This document shows positions 37,400-52,770 of a stretch of 64,000 nucleotides of DNA, piece by piece. This DNA comes from Felis catus (Eukaryota), in contig NC_058368.1 of the NCBI RefSeq assembly GCF_018350175.1, forward strand, positions 173,788,001 through 173,852,000. Reading direction: 5' to 3'. The notes beneath the pieces were generated by a model. The model was not told the DNA's origin and did no database searches. It worked only from the letters and a program-made list of their open reading frames with translations. The translations under genes and the position numbers were made by a program. Each line of letters begins with the position of its first letter. Within the stretch, counting starts at the first letter, position 1.

Positions 37400-39250
37400 A
37401 ACAAGATGTACCTAATGAGTGACTAGGTAGGTGGGGACTACTAGCAAAGAGAAATGGAAACCATAAAAGTGAATCAAATGGAAACACCAGATCTGAAAAA
37501 TATAATATCTGAAATGGAAAAAAAGAATAAAAAAGACACCACTGCTTAGGTTTAACAGCAAATTGGGCACTGTGAAAGAAATGATTGGGAATCTTGGAGC
37601 CTATCCAAACTGAAATAGAAAAAAAGAGTCAAGACACAACAAGGCAAAACAACACCAACAGAAAACACCAGAATCTCAGTGATCTGTGAAACTGTGTCAA
37701 GCAATCCATATATGTACTTGAATCCCCAGAATAAGTTGAGGGTTTGGGGCAAAAAAATCCTGGCCAAAATGTTACAGAATTTGATGAAAAACATCAACTC
37801 ACAGATTTAAGAAGCTCACTGAACCCCAAGCGGGATAAATGTAAAGGAAACCACACCTAGGTATCATAATCAAATTGCTGGAAAAAAAAAAAAATAAAGC
37901 AGTCAGAGAAAAAGACACACGACATATAGGGGAACTGCAGTAAGATGTTCTAAGAACTTCTCATTAGCAAACCAGGAGAAAATGGAACAACTTTAAAATA
38001 AATGAAGAAAAATTACCTATCAACCTAGAATTTACATCAAGTAAAAACACCACTCATAAATGAAGGTGACATAAAAAACATTTCCAGATAAAAGCTGAGA
38101 GAATTTATTATAAGTAGACATGCACTACAAGAATACTTTAAAAAGTAAATTCTTTTGGTAGATAAGAAATGACACCAAATGGAACTTGGATCTTCAAGAA
38201 AGAATACCAGAAATGGTAACGATGTGGGTCTGGTGTATATATTTTTTCTGACACTACAAGCAGTTAACTCAATTCTGGCGTGAAGATAGCATCAGATCCC
38301 ACAGGTTATGGATCCTATGAGACTCCCTCCACCCTTACTTCAGACGCCACCCTCACATCCAGTTTGTCATCTGTGCTTCTGGATGACTGGCTGTGGATGA
38401 GAAGTTCCTAGGTCTCCCTCCTCAGGTTCAATCAATTTGCTAGAATGGCTCACAAAACTCAGAAAAAGATTTTACTTAGTAGTTTACCAGTTTCTTATAA
38501 AGGGATGTAACTCAGGAACAGCCAGATGGAAGATAAGCACAGGGCAAGGTATGGGGAGAGGTGAGAAGCTTCCAAGCTCTCTGAGGCTGTTATTCTCCCG
38601 GTATCTCCCTGTGTTCACTATCCTGTAAGCTTTCTGAGCCCTGTCCTTTTGGTTTTTTTATAGAGGCTTCATTAGATAGACAGGACGGATTAAATCATTG
38701 ACTATTTGTGATTAAACTCCATCCCCAGCCCCTCTCCCCATCCTGTAGGAAGGTGGAGGTAGGGGGTTGGGGGTTGGGACACAGTTGGTTCTCCTAACAA
38801 CCAGCTCTCATACCTACCCTAGGGATATTCCAAAAGTGACTTCATTAACATAATAAAAGGCACCTTTAGCTCTCCTCACTTAGGAAATTCCAAGGGTTTT
38901 AGCTCTGTGCCAAAAATGGGATGAAGACCAATTATATATATTTCTTATTATAAATCACAATATCATGGAGGGTAAATATGAAAGACCCTTCCCACATCCT
39001 CTCTCTCTCTCAAAAATAAATAAACATTAAGAGAGAGAGAGAGAATGCGTGAGCAGGAGAGGGACAGACAGAGAGAGGGAAGCACAGAATCCAAAGCAGA
39101 TTCCAGGCTCTGAGCTGTCAGCACAGAGCCTGACGCGGGGCTCGAACTCATGAACTGTGAGATCATGACCTGCGCCGAAGTCAGACGTTTAACCGACCGA
39201 GCCACCCAGGTGCCCCACTCTCTCTCTCTTTTAAAATGTTTTATTTATTT

Positions 39251-39292
<42 letters not shown>

Positions 39293-42200
39293 AAGGGAGA
39301 GGGAGGAAGGGGAAGGGGCAGAGAGAGGGTGGGGGACACAGAATCCGAAGCAGGCTCCAGGCTCTGATCTGTTAGCACTCTGAGCTGGAACTCACGGACC
39401 AGACCATGAGATCATGACCTGAGCCGAAGCTGGACGCTCATCCAACTGAGCCACCCAGGCGCCCCATCCCACATCATCTCTTAAATTTGTTTTAAAAGCA
39501 ACTAAGTGTTTAAAACAAAAATGTGACTTCATTCTGGAGTTTATACCTATGTAAAAGTAAAAGTGTATGACGGTAAAGCACAAAGGATGAGAGCAGGGTA
39601 AATGGAAGTACAAGTTTTTAAGATTCTTACATCACGTGTTAAGTGACATAATATTAATTCAAGGCAGACTACAGTAAGTTAAGGATGCATATTCTAATTC
39701 TAAGGGCAATTATTAAAAATAATTTGCTGAAAAGTATTTGATAAAATTCAATAACCACTCACGATGAAAACTAGGAGTAAAAGGGAACTTCTTCAACTTG
39801 TTAATGAACATCTACAAAACCCCCCCACAGCTAGCATCATAATTCATGGTGAACTTATATTTTAATAAATAATTAACTAATGAACTGAATGTTTTCCCCT
39901 GGGTCATTAACAAAGGCAAAGATGTCTGCTTTTACCACGACTATTCAACATAGCTGTGGAAGTTCTAGCCAGTGCAGTAAGGCAAGAAAAGGAAATAAAA
40001 GGCATAAAGATTCTAGACAGGAAGAAATAAAACTGTCCCTATATACAAGATAACACACTGACACAGATCTATATGGACAATCCCAAGGAATCTTTGGCAC
40101 AAAAGTATCCATAGAAGGAAAGTTGATAAATTGTATTTTATCAACATTTAAAACTTTTGGTCTGTGAAAGACCTTGTTTAGAGGCTGAAAAGAGAAACTA
40201 CAGAATGGGAGAAAATGTTTGCAAACCACAGATCTGACGAAAAAGTAGTATCTAGGATACAAAAAGATTCTCAAAACTCAACAGTAACAAAGCAAACAAT
40301 CCATTTAGAAAATGAAAAGAGACATTTCAATAAAGAAGTTATACTAAGCACATGAGAAGATGTTCACACTCATTAGCTATTAGAGAAATGAAAACCACAC
40401 TGAGACGCCACCATAGACTTATCAGAACGGCTAACATCAACAACAGTGGCAACGCCAGATGCCGGCTGAGGTGCAGATAAACTGGATCACAAATGTATTG
40501 TTGGTGGGCATGTAAAATAGTATAGCTGCTCAGGGAAAGAGTTTGGCAGTTTCTTGAACTAAACATGTCACGGACATATGATACAAACATTATACTCCTT
40601 TGTATATACTCCTTTGTATACTACTTTGTATATACTCCTTTATTCTAGAGATATGAAGACTTCTGTTCACATGAGAATTTGTATATGAGTATTTATAGCA
40701 GCTTTATTCATAATAGTCCCAAACTAAACAACAGATATCCTCAATGGGTAAATGGTTAAAGAAAATCCAAGATACACTCACACCATGGACTACGATTCAG
40801 TAATAAAAAGGGATGAACTACTGATACAGTAACCTGAATGAATCTCTAGAGAATTATGCTGAGTGTAAAAAGCCAACCCCAAAAGGTTATATACTGTATG
40901 ATTCCATTTATAAAATATTCTTGAAATGACAAAAGTGTAAACATGGAGAGCAGATTAGTTGCCAGAGGTTAAGAAGGGATGGGGTGGGAGGGAAGGGCAT
41001 ATGGCTATAAAAGGGCAACATGAATAATCCCTGTGGTGATGAAAATGTTCTGTATGTTGGCTTGCACCAATCTAGATGTTCTGGTTGTGATACTGCACTA
41101 TGGTTTTGTGATACGTTATCACTGGGGAAAACTGGTTAAAGACTACATGGGATCTCTCTGTATTCTTCCTTGTAACTGATGCAAATAGATGTCAAAATAA
41201 AAATGTTTTTGATGTTTATTTATTTTTTGATAGAGGATCAGAGCGTGAGTGGGGGAGGGCAGAGAGAGAGAGGAGACACAGAATCCGAAGCAGGCTCCAA
41301 GGTCTGAGATGTCAGCACAGAGCCTGGTGCGGGCGGGGCTTGAACTCACGAACTGGGGGATCATGACCTGAGCCGAGAAGTCAGATGCTTAACTGACTGC
41401 GCCACCGAGGTGCCCCAAAATAAATTTTAATTAAAAAAAGCTAAAAGCCAATAGGAAAGACTAAATGGAATAACTGAAAATAATCCAAAAGAAGGCAGAA
41501 AAGGAGGTAAAAGTGAACAAAGGAGAAAGAGACAAATAGGAAGCAAATAGCAAGATGACAGATATAAAACCAACAATTAAATGTAAATGGAATAAATAAC
41601 TCCCATTAAAAGGTAGGGATTGTCAGCTGACTCAAAAAGCCAGATTCTATGCTATCTACAATAAACATACCCTTTTTTCCTTTAACCTTTTGTTGGACAC
41701 ACAGAAGAGTTGCAAGAATAGTACAAAGAATTCCCAAATACTGTTAATGCTTTTCACCAAATGCTTATCACATCTTCTTTATCCTTCTGTCTTTGATTTT
41801 CAATTTATTTCTCTTAACTATTTGAGGGTAAGCTGCAGACATGATGCCTATTTACCCCTAAATACTTCAGTGTATAATTCCTAAAAACAAGGACATTCTC
41901 TTAGATAATCAAATACAATGATCAAAATCAGGAAATTAACTTTAACATAATATTATCCACAGACTTTAGTCAGATTTTTTTCATTGTCCTCCTAATGCTG
42001 TTTATAACAAAAGAAAATCAGAGATTACACATTGTATTGTCTGTTTTTACAGTTAGTTCCTTTATTGTACTTTGTCTTTCATGACACTGACATTTTTTAA
42101 AAGTGCAGGTCCGTTTTTTTTAATAGAATGTTTCTCATTTTGGATTTGTCTGATTATTTTCCCACAATTAGACTGAGGTTATGCGTTTTGGGGCAAGAGT

Positions 42201-45200
42201 ACTACAAGAATTATGTTTTGTTTTTCTCAGTGCATCATATCAAAAGGCACATGATGCCAACTTACCTTATTGTTGGTATTAACTTTGATCACTTAGTGAC
42301 TAAGGTAGGGCCTCCACTATTATTTTTTCCCTATTATAATTAATATCTTGTGGCAATACACTTTGAGATTATGCAAATATCTTGGTACTTGACAAACTTT
42401 CACCATTTTAATATCCATTTTTACCTAAACTATTATCATGATGGTTGTCAAATGGCATTTTTTCCCAATTCGTCATTTCTTCTTATATTTATTAATTGGC
42501 TTTCAACTGTAAGGGAGAAAGTCCTTTCTCTTCTTTCCTGTCAGTATTAGAATTATAGATTCTTATTTTATTTAATAGTTTTTATAGTCTTTTACTGTCA
42601 ATATTTATTCTGATGCCAAATTATCCCAGATTTGGTCAGTGAAGCCCTTTAAGCTGGCTCGTGTGTCTTTTGACAAGTCTGAACATTTCCTTACTTTCTG
42701 GCACAAGATGTTCCAGGTTCATCTTGTACTTTTCCCTACCTCGGCTGTGGAATTATCCTTTCCTTCAAGGAACTCTTGTTCCTTTTAGGGTAAATTGGTA
42801 TTTAGAAACAAATATCTGGGTCCTAGGTGAGCTTATTGCCACTAAAGTGTAATTATTTTTATGTTCTCTCAGTGGGCACAGGTAGGAAAAAGATGTATGA
42901 ATGAATACACACATACACACACACACACACAGAGCACTGTCACACATCTACATCTATTTCTTTATCTTTCCATATTTATTAGAAACCACAAGTTCATATT
43001 GATGCCTCCAATTCCAATCTAGCACCACAGGGTTCCTTCTATCCTTTCCCCTTTTCATATGTGTAACTCTCTTCTCTGACAGTGAGAAACTTGGCTCTCA
43101 TTATCCACAATACATTTATTTGTTTAATCCTAGAATACACATAAGATAATTTTTGAATTGTTAACTCAATACCTCTGTGAAAAAGAGTTCCAATATTTAT
43201 TTACATTTCATTTTCTCTTTAGCCTGAGAATATTTAGTCCAAATACTGTGTTTTAAATTACTTGGACAGATTAGTGGTTGCCAGGGATTGGGGAAGATGG
43301 ATGGTGCGGCTGTAAAAGGAAAGGGATCCTTGTGGAGATGGAATAGTTCTGTATATCTGGATTGTGCCGGTAGTTACGTGAATCTATGAATCTATACATG
43401 TGATCATACTGCACACAAATGAGTGCATGCAAATTGGGTGAAATCTGTATATGATCTGTGGATTATACCAGTGTCGATTTCCTGTTAGTGATATTGTACT
43501 ATAGTTATGTAAGATGTAATCACTGGGGAAAAAACAGGGTGAAGTGTACGTAGGACTTCTCTGTATTAATTTTTGCAACCTCCTGTGAATCCATAATTAT
43601 TTAAAAATAGAAAGTGAAAAAAAAAAGTTACTTGGGCTTGTTTTTCCCTCACACCCCTCCCCTCATACACCTCCCCTCACCCGGTTATGTTATTTATTTA
43701 AAGCACAGATTAGTTTGTCTGTATTCCATGTTAGGCTCTCCCTTGTTATCTTTCAACTCTCTTGTTGATTTATTTTCCTTTTTGGAGTATATAAAACATT
43801 AGAATAGCCCCCAAAGCCTAAAAGTCATAATATACGAAGAAGTTTGTACTTAGAAGTATTATAGCATCACCATCACCACCAGTATCACCATTATCACTCT
43901 GGCCTAGTACCTTTTCTCTTCCAGCCCATTGCCATCCATCCCCTCAATGTAAGCAATTTGATTAGTCTGCCAGTTGCCATTTTTTCAGTCTGCCATTTTT
44001 CTTAACTTTGTTCCTTTTTTGACAAATGATCATAATCATGTACATTTAAAAATTTCTCCTTTCTTACAAAAAGATACATATATTTACTATGCATACTCTT
44101 TATATTTTGCCTTTTTTTATTCAATAATATATTTTGGAAATCAGTTCAGAAAATTTGCTCCTACTTTTATTTATTTGTTTGTTTGTTTGTTTATTTATTT
44201 ATTTATTTTTTACCACTGCATAATACTCCATTGTGTGGATGTACTATGGATATTCAACCACTGCACTATGAATGGGCATTTGGGTTGTTTTTAATGTTTT
44301 ACAATTATAAACAATGCTGTAGTGAAAATCCTACATATGGTATTTTCATATTGTTAGAAGTGTATCTTCAGGGCAAATTCCTAGAAGTGAGCTTGCTGGG
44401 TCAAGGGACAATTGTTCATTTAGTTTTGTTAGATAATGCAGAATTCTCAACAGGTCTGCCCCATTTTGCATTCCCACCAGCAACATATGAGTACCTGCTT
44501 TCTCAAATCTCTCTCTCTCTCTCTTTTTTATTTTTATTTTTTAAAGATTTTATGTTTAAGTAATCTCTACATCCAACATGGGGCTTGAATTCACAACCCT
44601 GAAATCAAGAGTCACATGCTCTACTAAGAGCCAGCCAGGTGCCCTCAAAACCTCTCCACTGGAATGTATTTATTGTACTTCAAAATTCTTACTATTTGGG
44701 TAGGTGAGAAACGGCACCTCAGCGTAGTTTTAGTTTATATTTCTTTAAATATGAGTGAGGGTGAACATTATAAGAAAACAAAATTACAGCTCAATATCCC
44801 TTGTAAACACAGATGCAAAAGCCCTTAATAAAATATTAGTAAATGGAATCTGTCAATACACAAAAAAAGTAACATATCACAACCAAGTATGATTTTTTAT
44901 TCCAGGAATGGAAGGTTGGTTTAATATTAGGAAATTAATCAGTATAATTCATCACAATGTGATAAAGGAGAAAAATTACGATTCTCTCAATAGATGCAGA
45001 AAACATATTTCACAAATTTCAATACCTAGTTTTCATAAAAACACTCCACTATAGAAACTAGAAATAGAAAGAAGCTTCCTCAATCCAACAGACGACCTCT
45101 AGGAAACATCTATAGCTAACATTATACTTGGTCAAAGACTGAATGTTTTCCCACTAAGATTAGGAATAAGGCAAGGATATCTGCTCTGATCACTTCTCCA

Positions 45201-45530
45201 ACATTCTATTGGGGGTGCTAGCCCATGTAATAAGGTAGGAAAAAGAAGCAAAAGGCATACAGATTGGAGAGGAAGATGTTAAACTGCTTTTATTTGCAGA
45301 AAATATGGTTGTGTATGTAGAAAATCCTAAGAAAACCACAAAAATATTCTTATTAGATATAATAAGTGAATTTAGCAAGGTTGCAGCAGGATTTCTACAT
45401 ACTATCAGTGAGTCACTGGAAAATGATAGGTGACATGGGTTATGCATTTGCCAAAATCCATGGAATACTTATGTAAATCAGTTTATATAATTTAATTGTG
45501 TGTAAATTATACCTAAACTTTAAAGAATTT
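37400..45530 (+). mobile_element. Fragmented old L1 (ORF1 relic ~37440-38220, ORF2 start ~41440-41670, RT relic ~44770-45400) with nested L1s, an LTR and SINEs
   Basis: The RT relic reads ...LFAENMVVYVENP (cf. L1 LFADDMIVY). Nested + L1 ~39725-41200, - L1 ~41680-44770, + L1 3' end ~43265-43620; SINEs 39005-39215, 39230-39464, 41205-41416, 44525-44645. Confidence 0.75.
38231..38965. mobile_element. MER21-like solo LTR
   Basis: gatagcatcagatcccacaggtt...aatttgctagaatggctcacaaaactcag...tatttcttattataaatcacaatatca. Confidence 0.75.
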
Positions 45531-46834
45531 AAATAAACCAAGGTAAAGGCTATATAAAGTATCTTCTAGTATAATTTGAGTGGTTGCCAATTTGCCCCTT
45601 CTGAGTTTTAGAACAGGGTCAGGCTTTATTTAAATTGTTTTTGTCAGTGTTAGGTCTAAATGTGTTTACAGTTACCCATTCCTTAGATTTCCCATCTCTC
45701 ATAAGAATCTAGGCTTATATGAATGAATGGCATGCGAGTTGGACCCAAATGAAATACTTCTGACAAAGTGATAGAGCGAGCATGGCATTTATGTACGCTT
45801 CCTTCGGTCTGACCACTATAACATATTGCTTCCTTTGAACATTGAACTTGGGATCAAAAAGTCCTGGGTTTGAATTTGTATTATGAATCCAATTAGCTGT
45901 GTAACCGTGGACTAATGATTTCACTACTTTAAGTATTTTTCTCCTTTGTTAAATAGGAATACCGTATGAAAACGTGAAAATATGAGATAGCTAATGTGAC
46001 AATGACACATGTCATTGTAGGGACTCAATAAATGGTTTCCTTAATCTCACTGGGGTATTTTAATTAAATCTCTATTACAGTACAACCTGATACGACGTTT
46101 TCTTCTAATAGAGGAACCAGAACTGTAGAAGAACAGTCTCTCCTGCCAATTGGGAGTTATGCGATGGGGATCAGAAGTCACACATGGAGCTCTGATAGAG
46201 ATAATTTATCCAAGAGACACTACTGTTCAATGGCTCTCTCATAGTTATTTCCTGCACTAGCCACTATTCATGAATTCATATTCATTCATTTATTTATTTT
46301 TCCTCTGGATTCTAAAATTACTGGTTTAAAGAAGGGATCACTGGTCCCTGCCAAGAACTCTATTTCTTTATCTCCTTCTAAGGGAACACTTTACTAATGC
46401 ATGCTTAGAGAAATTGAGTTTCTTATTCTTACTGTTTGGGCTTATTCTCCAGGTCCAACTGTTTTCATTCTTGGCTCACCTCTTCTTCCGCTAATATTGG
46501 ACATGCCTATTTCATTCATCCACCAAGCCTTTAGTGAACATTTATATCAGGCTCTATGGTTGAGGATCAGAGAACAGCTGAAACTTGAGGGATGAGTAAA
46601 GTTCTCAGCCAAATGAATCAAGTAAGAAACTGCAGGCTCCACTTAAGGCATCCTGCCTGTTCTCAAGAGGTTATGCCTTAGTTTCAAATAATCAGTTGAG
46701 AACCTCTTTATTTCAAAAGACTAACGAGACAGAAACTATCCCTCCTTCTCGTCTTTCCCAATTTAACTACTGTTTGGAATTTTCTTTTGAAATTCTGTTC
46801 CCAGAACATAAAACAGAAACAAAAGTAAGACTCA

Positions 46835-47050
<216 letters not shown>

Positions 47051-48074
47051 CTAAAGGATCTTGTAAAGCACCTACTAGGTCAGGGAGAACTACCTGAGCC
47101 ATCAGCATGCTTTTATTTAGAAATTTCACCTACCTGAATCCCTTCTGCCAGCTATCTGAACCACTGAACCTGTGGTTGAGCTGTAAAAGCAAGCTACTTT
47201 TAAATTCAAAAATAGAAAATAGGATCTAGAGAACTTTAAGGATCATCTAACCTGTAACTTCTCTATTTTCCAGATGAAGAAACAGGTCCAGAATGACTAT
47301 CAATTATTTGAATTTCTTTGATATGGGAGAAAATACATATTTATCATATAGTTCTCCTGTTACTGGTTCCCTTATAATTATCCTTTACCAAGTTCAGTCT
47401 CAGAACTTCAACTGGTGGACCGTGACCCTCTCTCCCATCGGACCTAAATGTGGGAGACAGCCAGGCTGATGTGACCAAAAGAATGTAGGCCACCCTGCAG
47501 AAAGATGGGCCTGGCGTGAAGTCAGTCTTTTCTAACATGCATTATTATTTGTGATGGAAGAAAGGGCTGTTTTCAGAAAATCTGCAGCTAGTAACACAAT
47601 AGGTGGCCCAGGGGCTTTGGCATCAGTTTCTGGCTCTGCAATGACAAGCTGTTCAACTCTTGACAAATTACTAAACTGCTCTGAGCCCAAGTCTTCTCAT
47701 CTCTAAAAAGAGGAAATAATACTACCTATTTCATAAAGTTGTGAGCGCTGTGTAAGATATTTGGCAGATACACACTCATTAATGGTAGACGGTAGTGCTT
47801 ACTGTTATTAAGATCATGATAAACTGACTTTTAGAGGGCCTTATTTTTATTTCTGCTCCTATTTACTTATAATAAATCATAGTAATTTAGATTATAATAC
47901 AGACTATCTTCCACTGAAGGCACAGTGTCTGCCTCTCTGTTAGGTCTCTATAAGTGGGGTTCTAGGATAACCCTACTTTAGTGCCTCCCCCAATCTGTCA
48001 AGCAAATGCTTTATCGTTCTAAACATTCTCCTTTTAGATACAAGATTGTCTCTAAGTTAAAACTCATAGGCCTT

Positions 48075-48286
48075 GGGGCGCCTGGGTGTCTCAGTCGGTT
48101 GAGTGTCCGACTTCAGCTCAGGTCACGGTCTCACGGTTCGTGAGTTCGAGCCCCGTGTCGGGTTCTGGGCTGATGGCTCAGAGCCTGGAGCCTGCTTCCG
48201 ATTCTGTGTCTCCCTCTCTCTTTGCTCCTCCCCCGTTCATGCTCTGTCTCTCTCTGTCTCAAAAATAAATAAACTTTAAAAAAAAT

Positions 48287-48331
<45 letters not shown>

Positions 48332-48333
48332 AA
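48075..48333 (+). mobile_element. Young CAN-SINE with (TAAA)n tail
   Basis: TSD aaaac(t/c)cataggcctt. Confidence 0.92.
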
Positions 48334-48564
48334 CCCATAGGCCTTATATGTAAATCAGATCGATGCAACCAGATTATAAAACAGCATTGTGAATTTAGGC
48401 ACAAATGCTGTATTTGAAATGTCAAGCGTGACTGGCTTTTAACAATATGACTGACTTGGAATAGTAGGTTACTTGTGCAATGACGGCTCTGGATCTAAAA
48501 TCCTGGCCTCTCTCAAAAAATGCCAAGACTACTCTCAATCCCATAAAAGAAATGCCAGGAAATC

Positions 48565-48622
48565 TCTTTTCAGTGTGGTCTGAGGTGATGGGGTCTTTTC
48601 CGTGTGGTCTGAGGTGATGGGG
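48565..48622. repeat. 29-bp tandem duplication
   Basis: tcttttc(a/c)gtgtggtctgaggtgatgggg x2. Confidence 0.95.
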
Positions 48623-49115
48623 ACGGCTCTGTTCTGTTCTAACAGGCTGTTATAACCTGTTGGAATCTGCAGGTTAAACTGCTACTCTTCTCCCAGGCCT
48701 GAAGGAGAGACATGAAGGTCCCTGAAGGCTACAGGCTGCTGGAACACCCAGTATCCATGATTCTTGCTCTTCTTTTGTTGGTGGACAGCTGAGGTAATGA
48801 GTAGCTGTAACCCTGTACTGTCTCTGGGAATCCAGGGGATGGAAGTCAGTATCCCCTAGCTTTCGTTTCACTTCAGCTTTGTGAATTTATGTTCACTTAG
48901 TGAAGTCCTATTTATCTAAGAGGGAAATCATCTGCTTTTGTTTAGCTTTGGCATTAGAATTAAGCCTTTAGTCAAACTAGGATAGTCTTTAGTAAGAATC
49001 AGTCTATATTATAAGAGCTAACTAATTTTGTGGAAACTTCTTCTAGGAAAGGTGCTGTTCTCTAAAGCAATAAATCCCAATAGCCCTGGGAAAGACAACT
49101 TCTGTCTGCCCCTTA

Positions 49116-49307
<192 letters not shown>

Positions 49308-51078
49308 TTAAACTTCTGTCTTATGGTATGATAATCAAAACTGCAGCCTTAACCTAGGTTCCAAGGCCCAAGATTTCCCCAAAGGCAACCAAGAGGGCTC
49401 TTTGGAGATTTTCAATATTTAAATAAGTCTAATGGAAACCCCACATTTAACTGTAGTAAGGCTATAAGAGCTAACTAAAATACTGACATTTTTGTGAGTT
49501 CTAATTATTGAAAGGCACCTCTGAGGTCAGAGAGTACTATCTATGGCCTCTTGAGCAGGTGGAAAGTTAGACCTGATGACCAAAGAGGTCCTTGCTGGCT
49601 TTCTATGATTAGGTGTCATCCATTAATGCTAGTAAACAAGGTTTAGAGTATATGCAATGGAGTCATACTTTCTATAGGGTGTAGGCTCTTAAAGTTAGTA
49701 AGGTAAAAACATCTCATATTCTCATACAGTCAAAATTGCTTTTGATGATCACTTAGGTAACCCAGGTAAAAATGGTGGACTTAATACACACTTCTAATGT
49801 TCTTCCTTCCTAAAATCCCACTGATATTAGACTAAATAATTCTTTTAAAGAGCCACAAGGGAGAAGAGAAAAGGGAGACAACAGTGAAATTTTAGAAGAT
49901 GGAAAGAAAATGAAGTATAGTCACAAAATAGAATATTACATAGTAGTGAAAATAAACTACAGTGATAAGTAACACTATGGACAAATCTTACTCTCTATAA
50001 TATAAAGTGGAAAATAAAAGTCCCAACAGATAATGTATAGCATGATATCCTTTAATATATAGCAGGAAGGAACTAAAATAAAAACATATACTTTACAGGA
50101 ACACATAAACTAAAACTACATAAAAAAGTAAAGGAATTGATAAACATTCAAGATGCTGATCACTTTGGGTGCAGGAAGGTGCAAAAGTAGGTGATGGAGG
50201 ATGGATATATGGTTAGATGCAGGTAACCGTCAAGGTCCCAGCCTTTGATTTGGGGAGTGAGTTACGAGATGCTGATTATAAAATCAAAGGTAACCGATTA
50301 ATTAAATAAGGCAAGTGTATCATGCTTTCAGGATGATTTTTAATCTAAATCTATGACTTTAGCAAAGGGATGAATTTTAAGTGACTTAGCAGGATTGAGA
50401 AAGCTGAATCCTAAACTAGCAGTAGAGAAGAGCAATCCTATGTAAGCATATTTACCAAAAAAGGAAAAAGAATCCTCAATAAGCTCTGCAAAAGACAGTG
50501 CAAGTTTTCTCTGAAGCGAGGATGAAAGGACGTAAGGGAAAATGAATATGATGGTTTGTAAGCTCTTCAAGAGAAATTTAGACCCTACACGGCAGGTTAA
50601 CATTGTGGAGAGATAAAACAGAGGGTCTCTGGACGAGGACACCAGGCACAGCTGGGAGGCAAGGGCATCAAAGTGTAACAGCAGCACTAAGTGAACATAT
50701 GCTGAGCGCAGAGACCCTGGCTATTTTCCCACATTTGTCTTCTAAAAACCTGGCATCCCGGTCTTTACCCTTCATGTGGGAAACTGGAAGTCTTCTCTGG
50801 AAAACCCATCCAGCCCAAGAGGAAAGACTTAAAGACATGACGAGGTATTTTCTAAGAACAGGGAAGTGTAGAAATGATGAGTCCTCCCGTGGACTCAGCT
50901 TCCATCAGCTGTTGAGTCTGTCACAACACAGACTACCAAGGTTTATTACACACTTATGGAGATATTCTAATAAGAGAGATAAGCACCAAAATTGCCAAAA
51001 CCAACTCTCCCCTCCCCCTAAAAAAGCAACTTGGGAGAAAATAAGACTATACAGAGAATAAACAAAAACGAAGGCTAT

Positions 51079-51554
51079 CTAAATGTCCATCAACTAATGA
51101 ATGGATAAAGAAGATGTGGTTTATATACACAATGGAATACTATTTGGCAATGAGAAAGAATGAAATCTGGCCATTTGCAGCAACATGGATGGAACTGGAG
51201 GGTATTATGCTAAGCGAAATAAGTCAGTCAGAGAAAGACAGATATCATATGTTTTCACTCATATGTGGAACTTGAGAAACTTAACAGAAGACCATGGGGG
51301 AGGGGAAGGGGAAAAAATAGTTACAGAGAGGGAAGGAGGCAAACCATAAGAGACTCTTAAATACAGAGAACTGAGGGTTGATGGGGAGGGCAGGGGAGAG
51401 GAGAAATGGGGTGATGGGCATTGAGGAGGGCATTTGTTAGGATGAGCACTGGGTGTTGTATGTAAGCGATGAATCACGGGCATCTACCCCCAAAACCAAG
51501 AGCACACTGTATATACTGTATGTTAGCCAACCTGACAATAAATTATATTAAAAA
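51079..51554 (+). mobile_element. Felid L1 3' end, 5'-truncated
   Basis: L1 3'UTR; TSD aacaaaaac(g/a)aaggctat at 51061-51078 and 51555-51572. Confidence 0.9.
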
Positions 51555-51768
51555 AACAAAAACAAAGGCTATAATTAGTGTCACCAAAGATATGAGGAAA
51601 TACAGACCCATGAAAGAAGAAAACAAGAACAGAATACTATTTATTAATTTAATTTTTTTTAAGTTTATTTATTTTTGAGAGAGACAGAGATAGTGTGAGC
51701 AGGGGAGGGTAGGTGGAGAGGGAGAGGGTGGGGGAGAGACAGAGAAAGAGACATAGAGAAAGAGAGAC

Positions 51769-51809
<41 letters not shown>

Positions 51810-52550
51810 ATCCCAAGTAGGTTCTGCGCTGTCAGCACAGAGCCTGATGCGGGGTTCAAATTCATGAAACTATGAGCCAAAACCAAGAGTTGGACACCTA
51901 ACCCACTGAGCCACCCAGGTGTCCCATATTTATTATTTTAAAAAAGAAACATTTAGAGACAAAGTAAAAGATCCCTTGGAAATTAAAAACATGATAGCAG
52001 AGATAAAAACTCTTTTCCAGGAATGAAGGATGTTCCTAGACTGAAATGGCACACTGAAGGCCCAGAACAATCGATGAATACAGACCTACAACAAGCATAC
52101 TGGGCAAAAAAATAGGATTCTAAAAACTTTCAGAGGAAAAAATTAGGGCATATACAAAGAATCAGTAATCAAGGTAGTTATGACTTTTTAACAGCAAATG
52201 TGGAAGACAATGGAAGATTTCCTGCAGTACTCTGTAGAAAAGTTATTGCTAACCTAAATATCTATACTCAGTTATCAGTCAACATATAGGAAGATAAAAT
52301 ATTTTCAGATATATAACATCTCAAAATTTTACTTTCCACATCCCTTTCTAAGAAGCTACTGGAGACCGATCCATCAAATGAGGGAGTAAACCAATAAAGA
52401 GAAGACACAGGACAAATAAAGGAAAGATCCAACTTTTGGAAACAGAGGAAATTCTCACATTTAGGATAAAAGCTGGCAAAAAGGACAACTAATCCAGATT
52501 GAAGGAGGTCAACCAGTTCCACCACAGATCTTCAAGAATATGACAACCCA

Positions 52551-52770
52551 GGGGTGCCTGGGTGGCGCAGTCGGTTAAGCGTCCGACTTCAGCCAGGTCA
52601 CGATCTCGCGGTCCGTGAGTTCGAGCCCCGCGTCAGGCTCTGGGCTGATGGCTCAGAGCCTGGAGCCTGTTTCCGATTCTGTGTCTCCCTCTCTCTCTGC
52701 CCCTCCCCCATTCATGCTCTGTCTCTCTCTGTCCCAAAAATAAATAAACGTTTAAAAAAAAAAAAAAAAA
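52551..52770 (+). mobile_element. Very young SINEC_Fc-type SINE
   Basis: CpG-rich, pure A tail, perfect TSD aagaatatgacaaccca at 52534-52550 and 52770-52786. Confidence 0.95.

Noticed and set aside
50603..51061. 152-aa ORF (and the 152-aa ORF at 36023..36481)
   Set aside because: Non-ATG starts, no recognisable domain or splice support; the first lies in a probable old L1 relic
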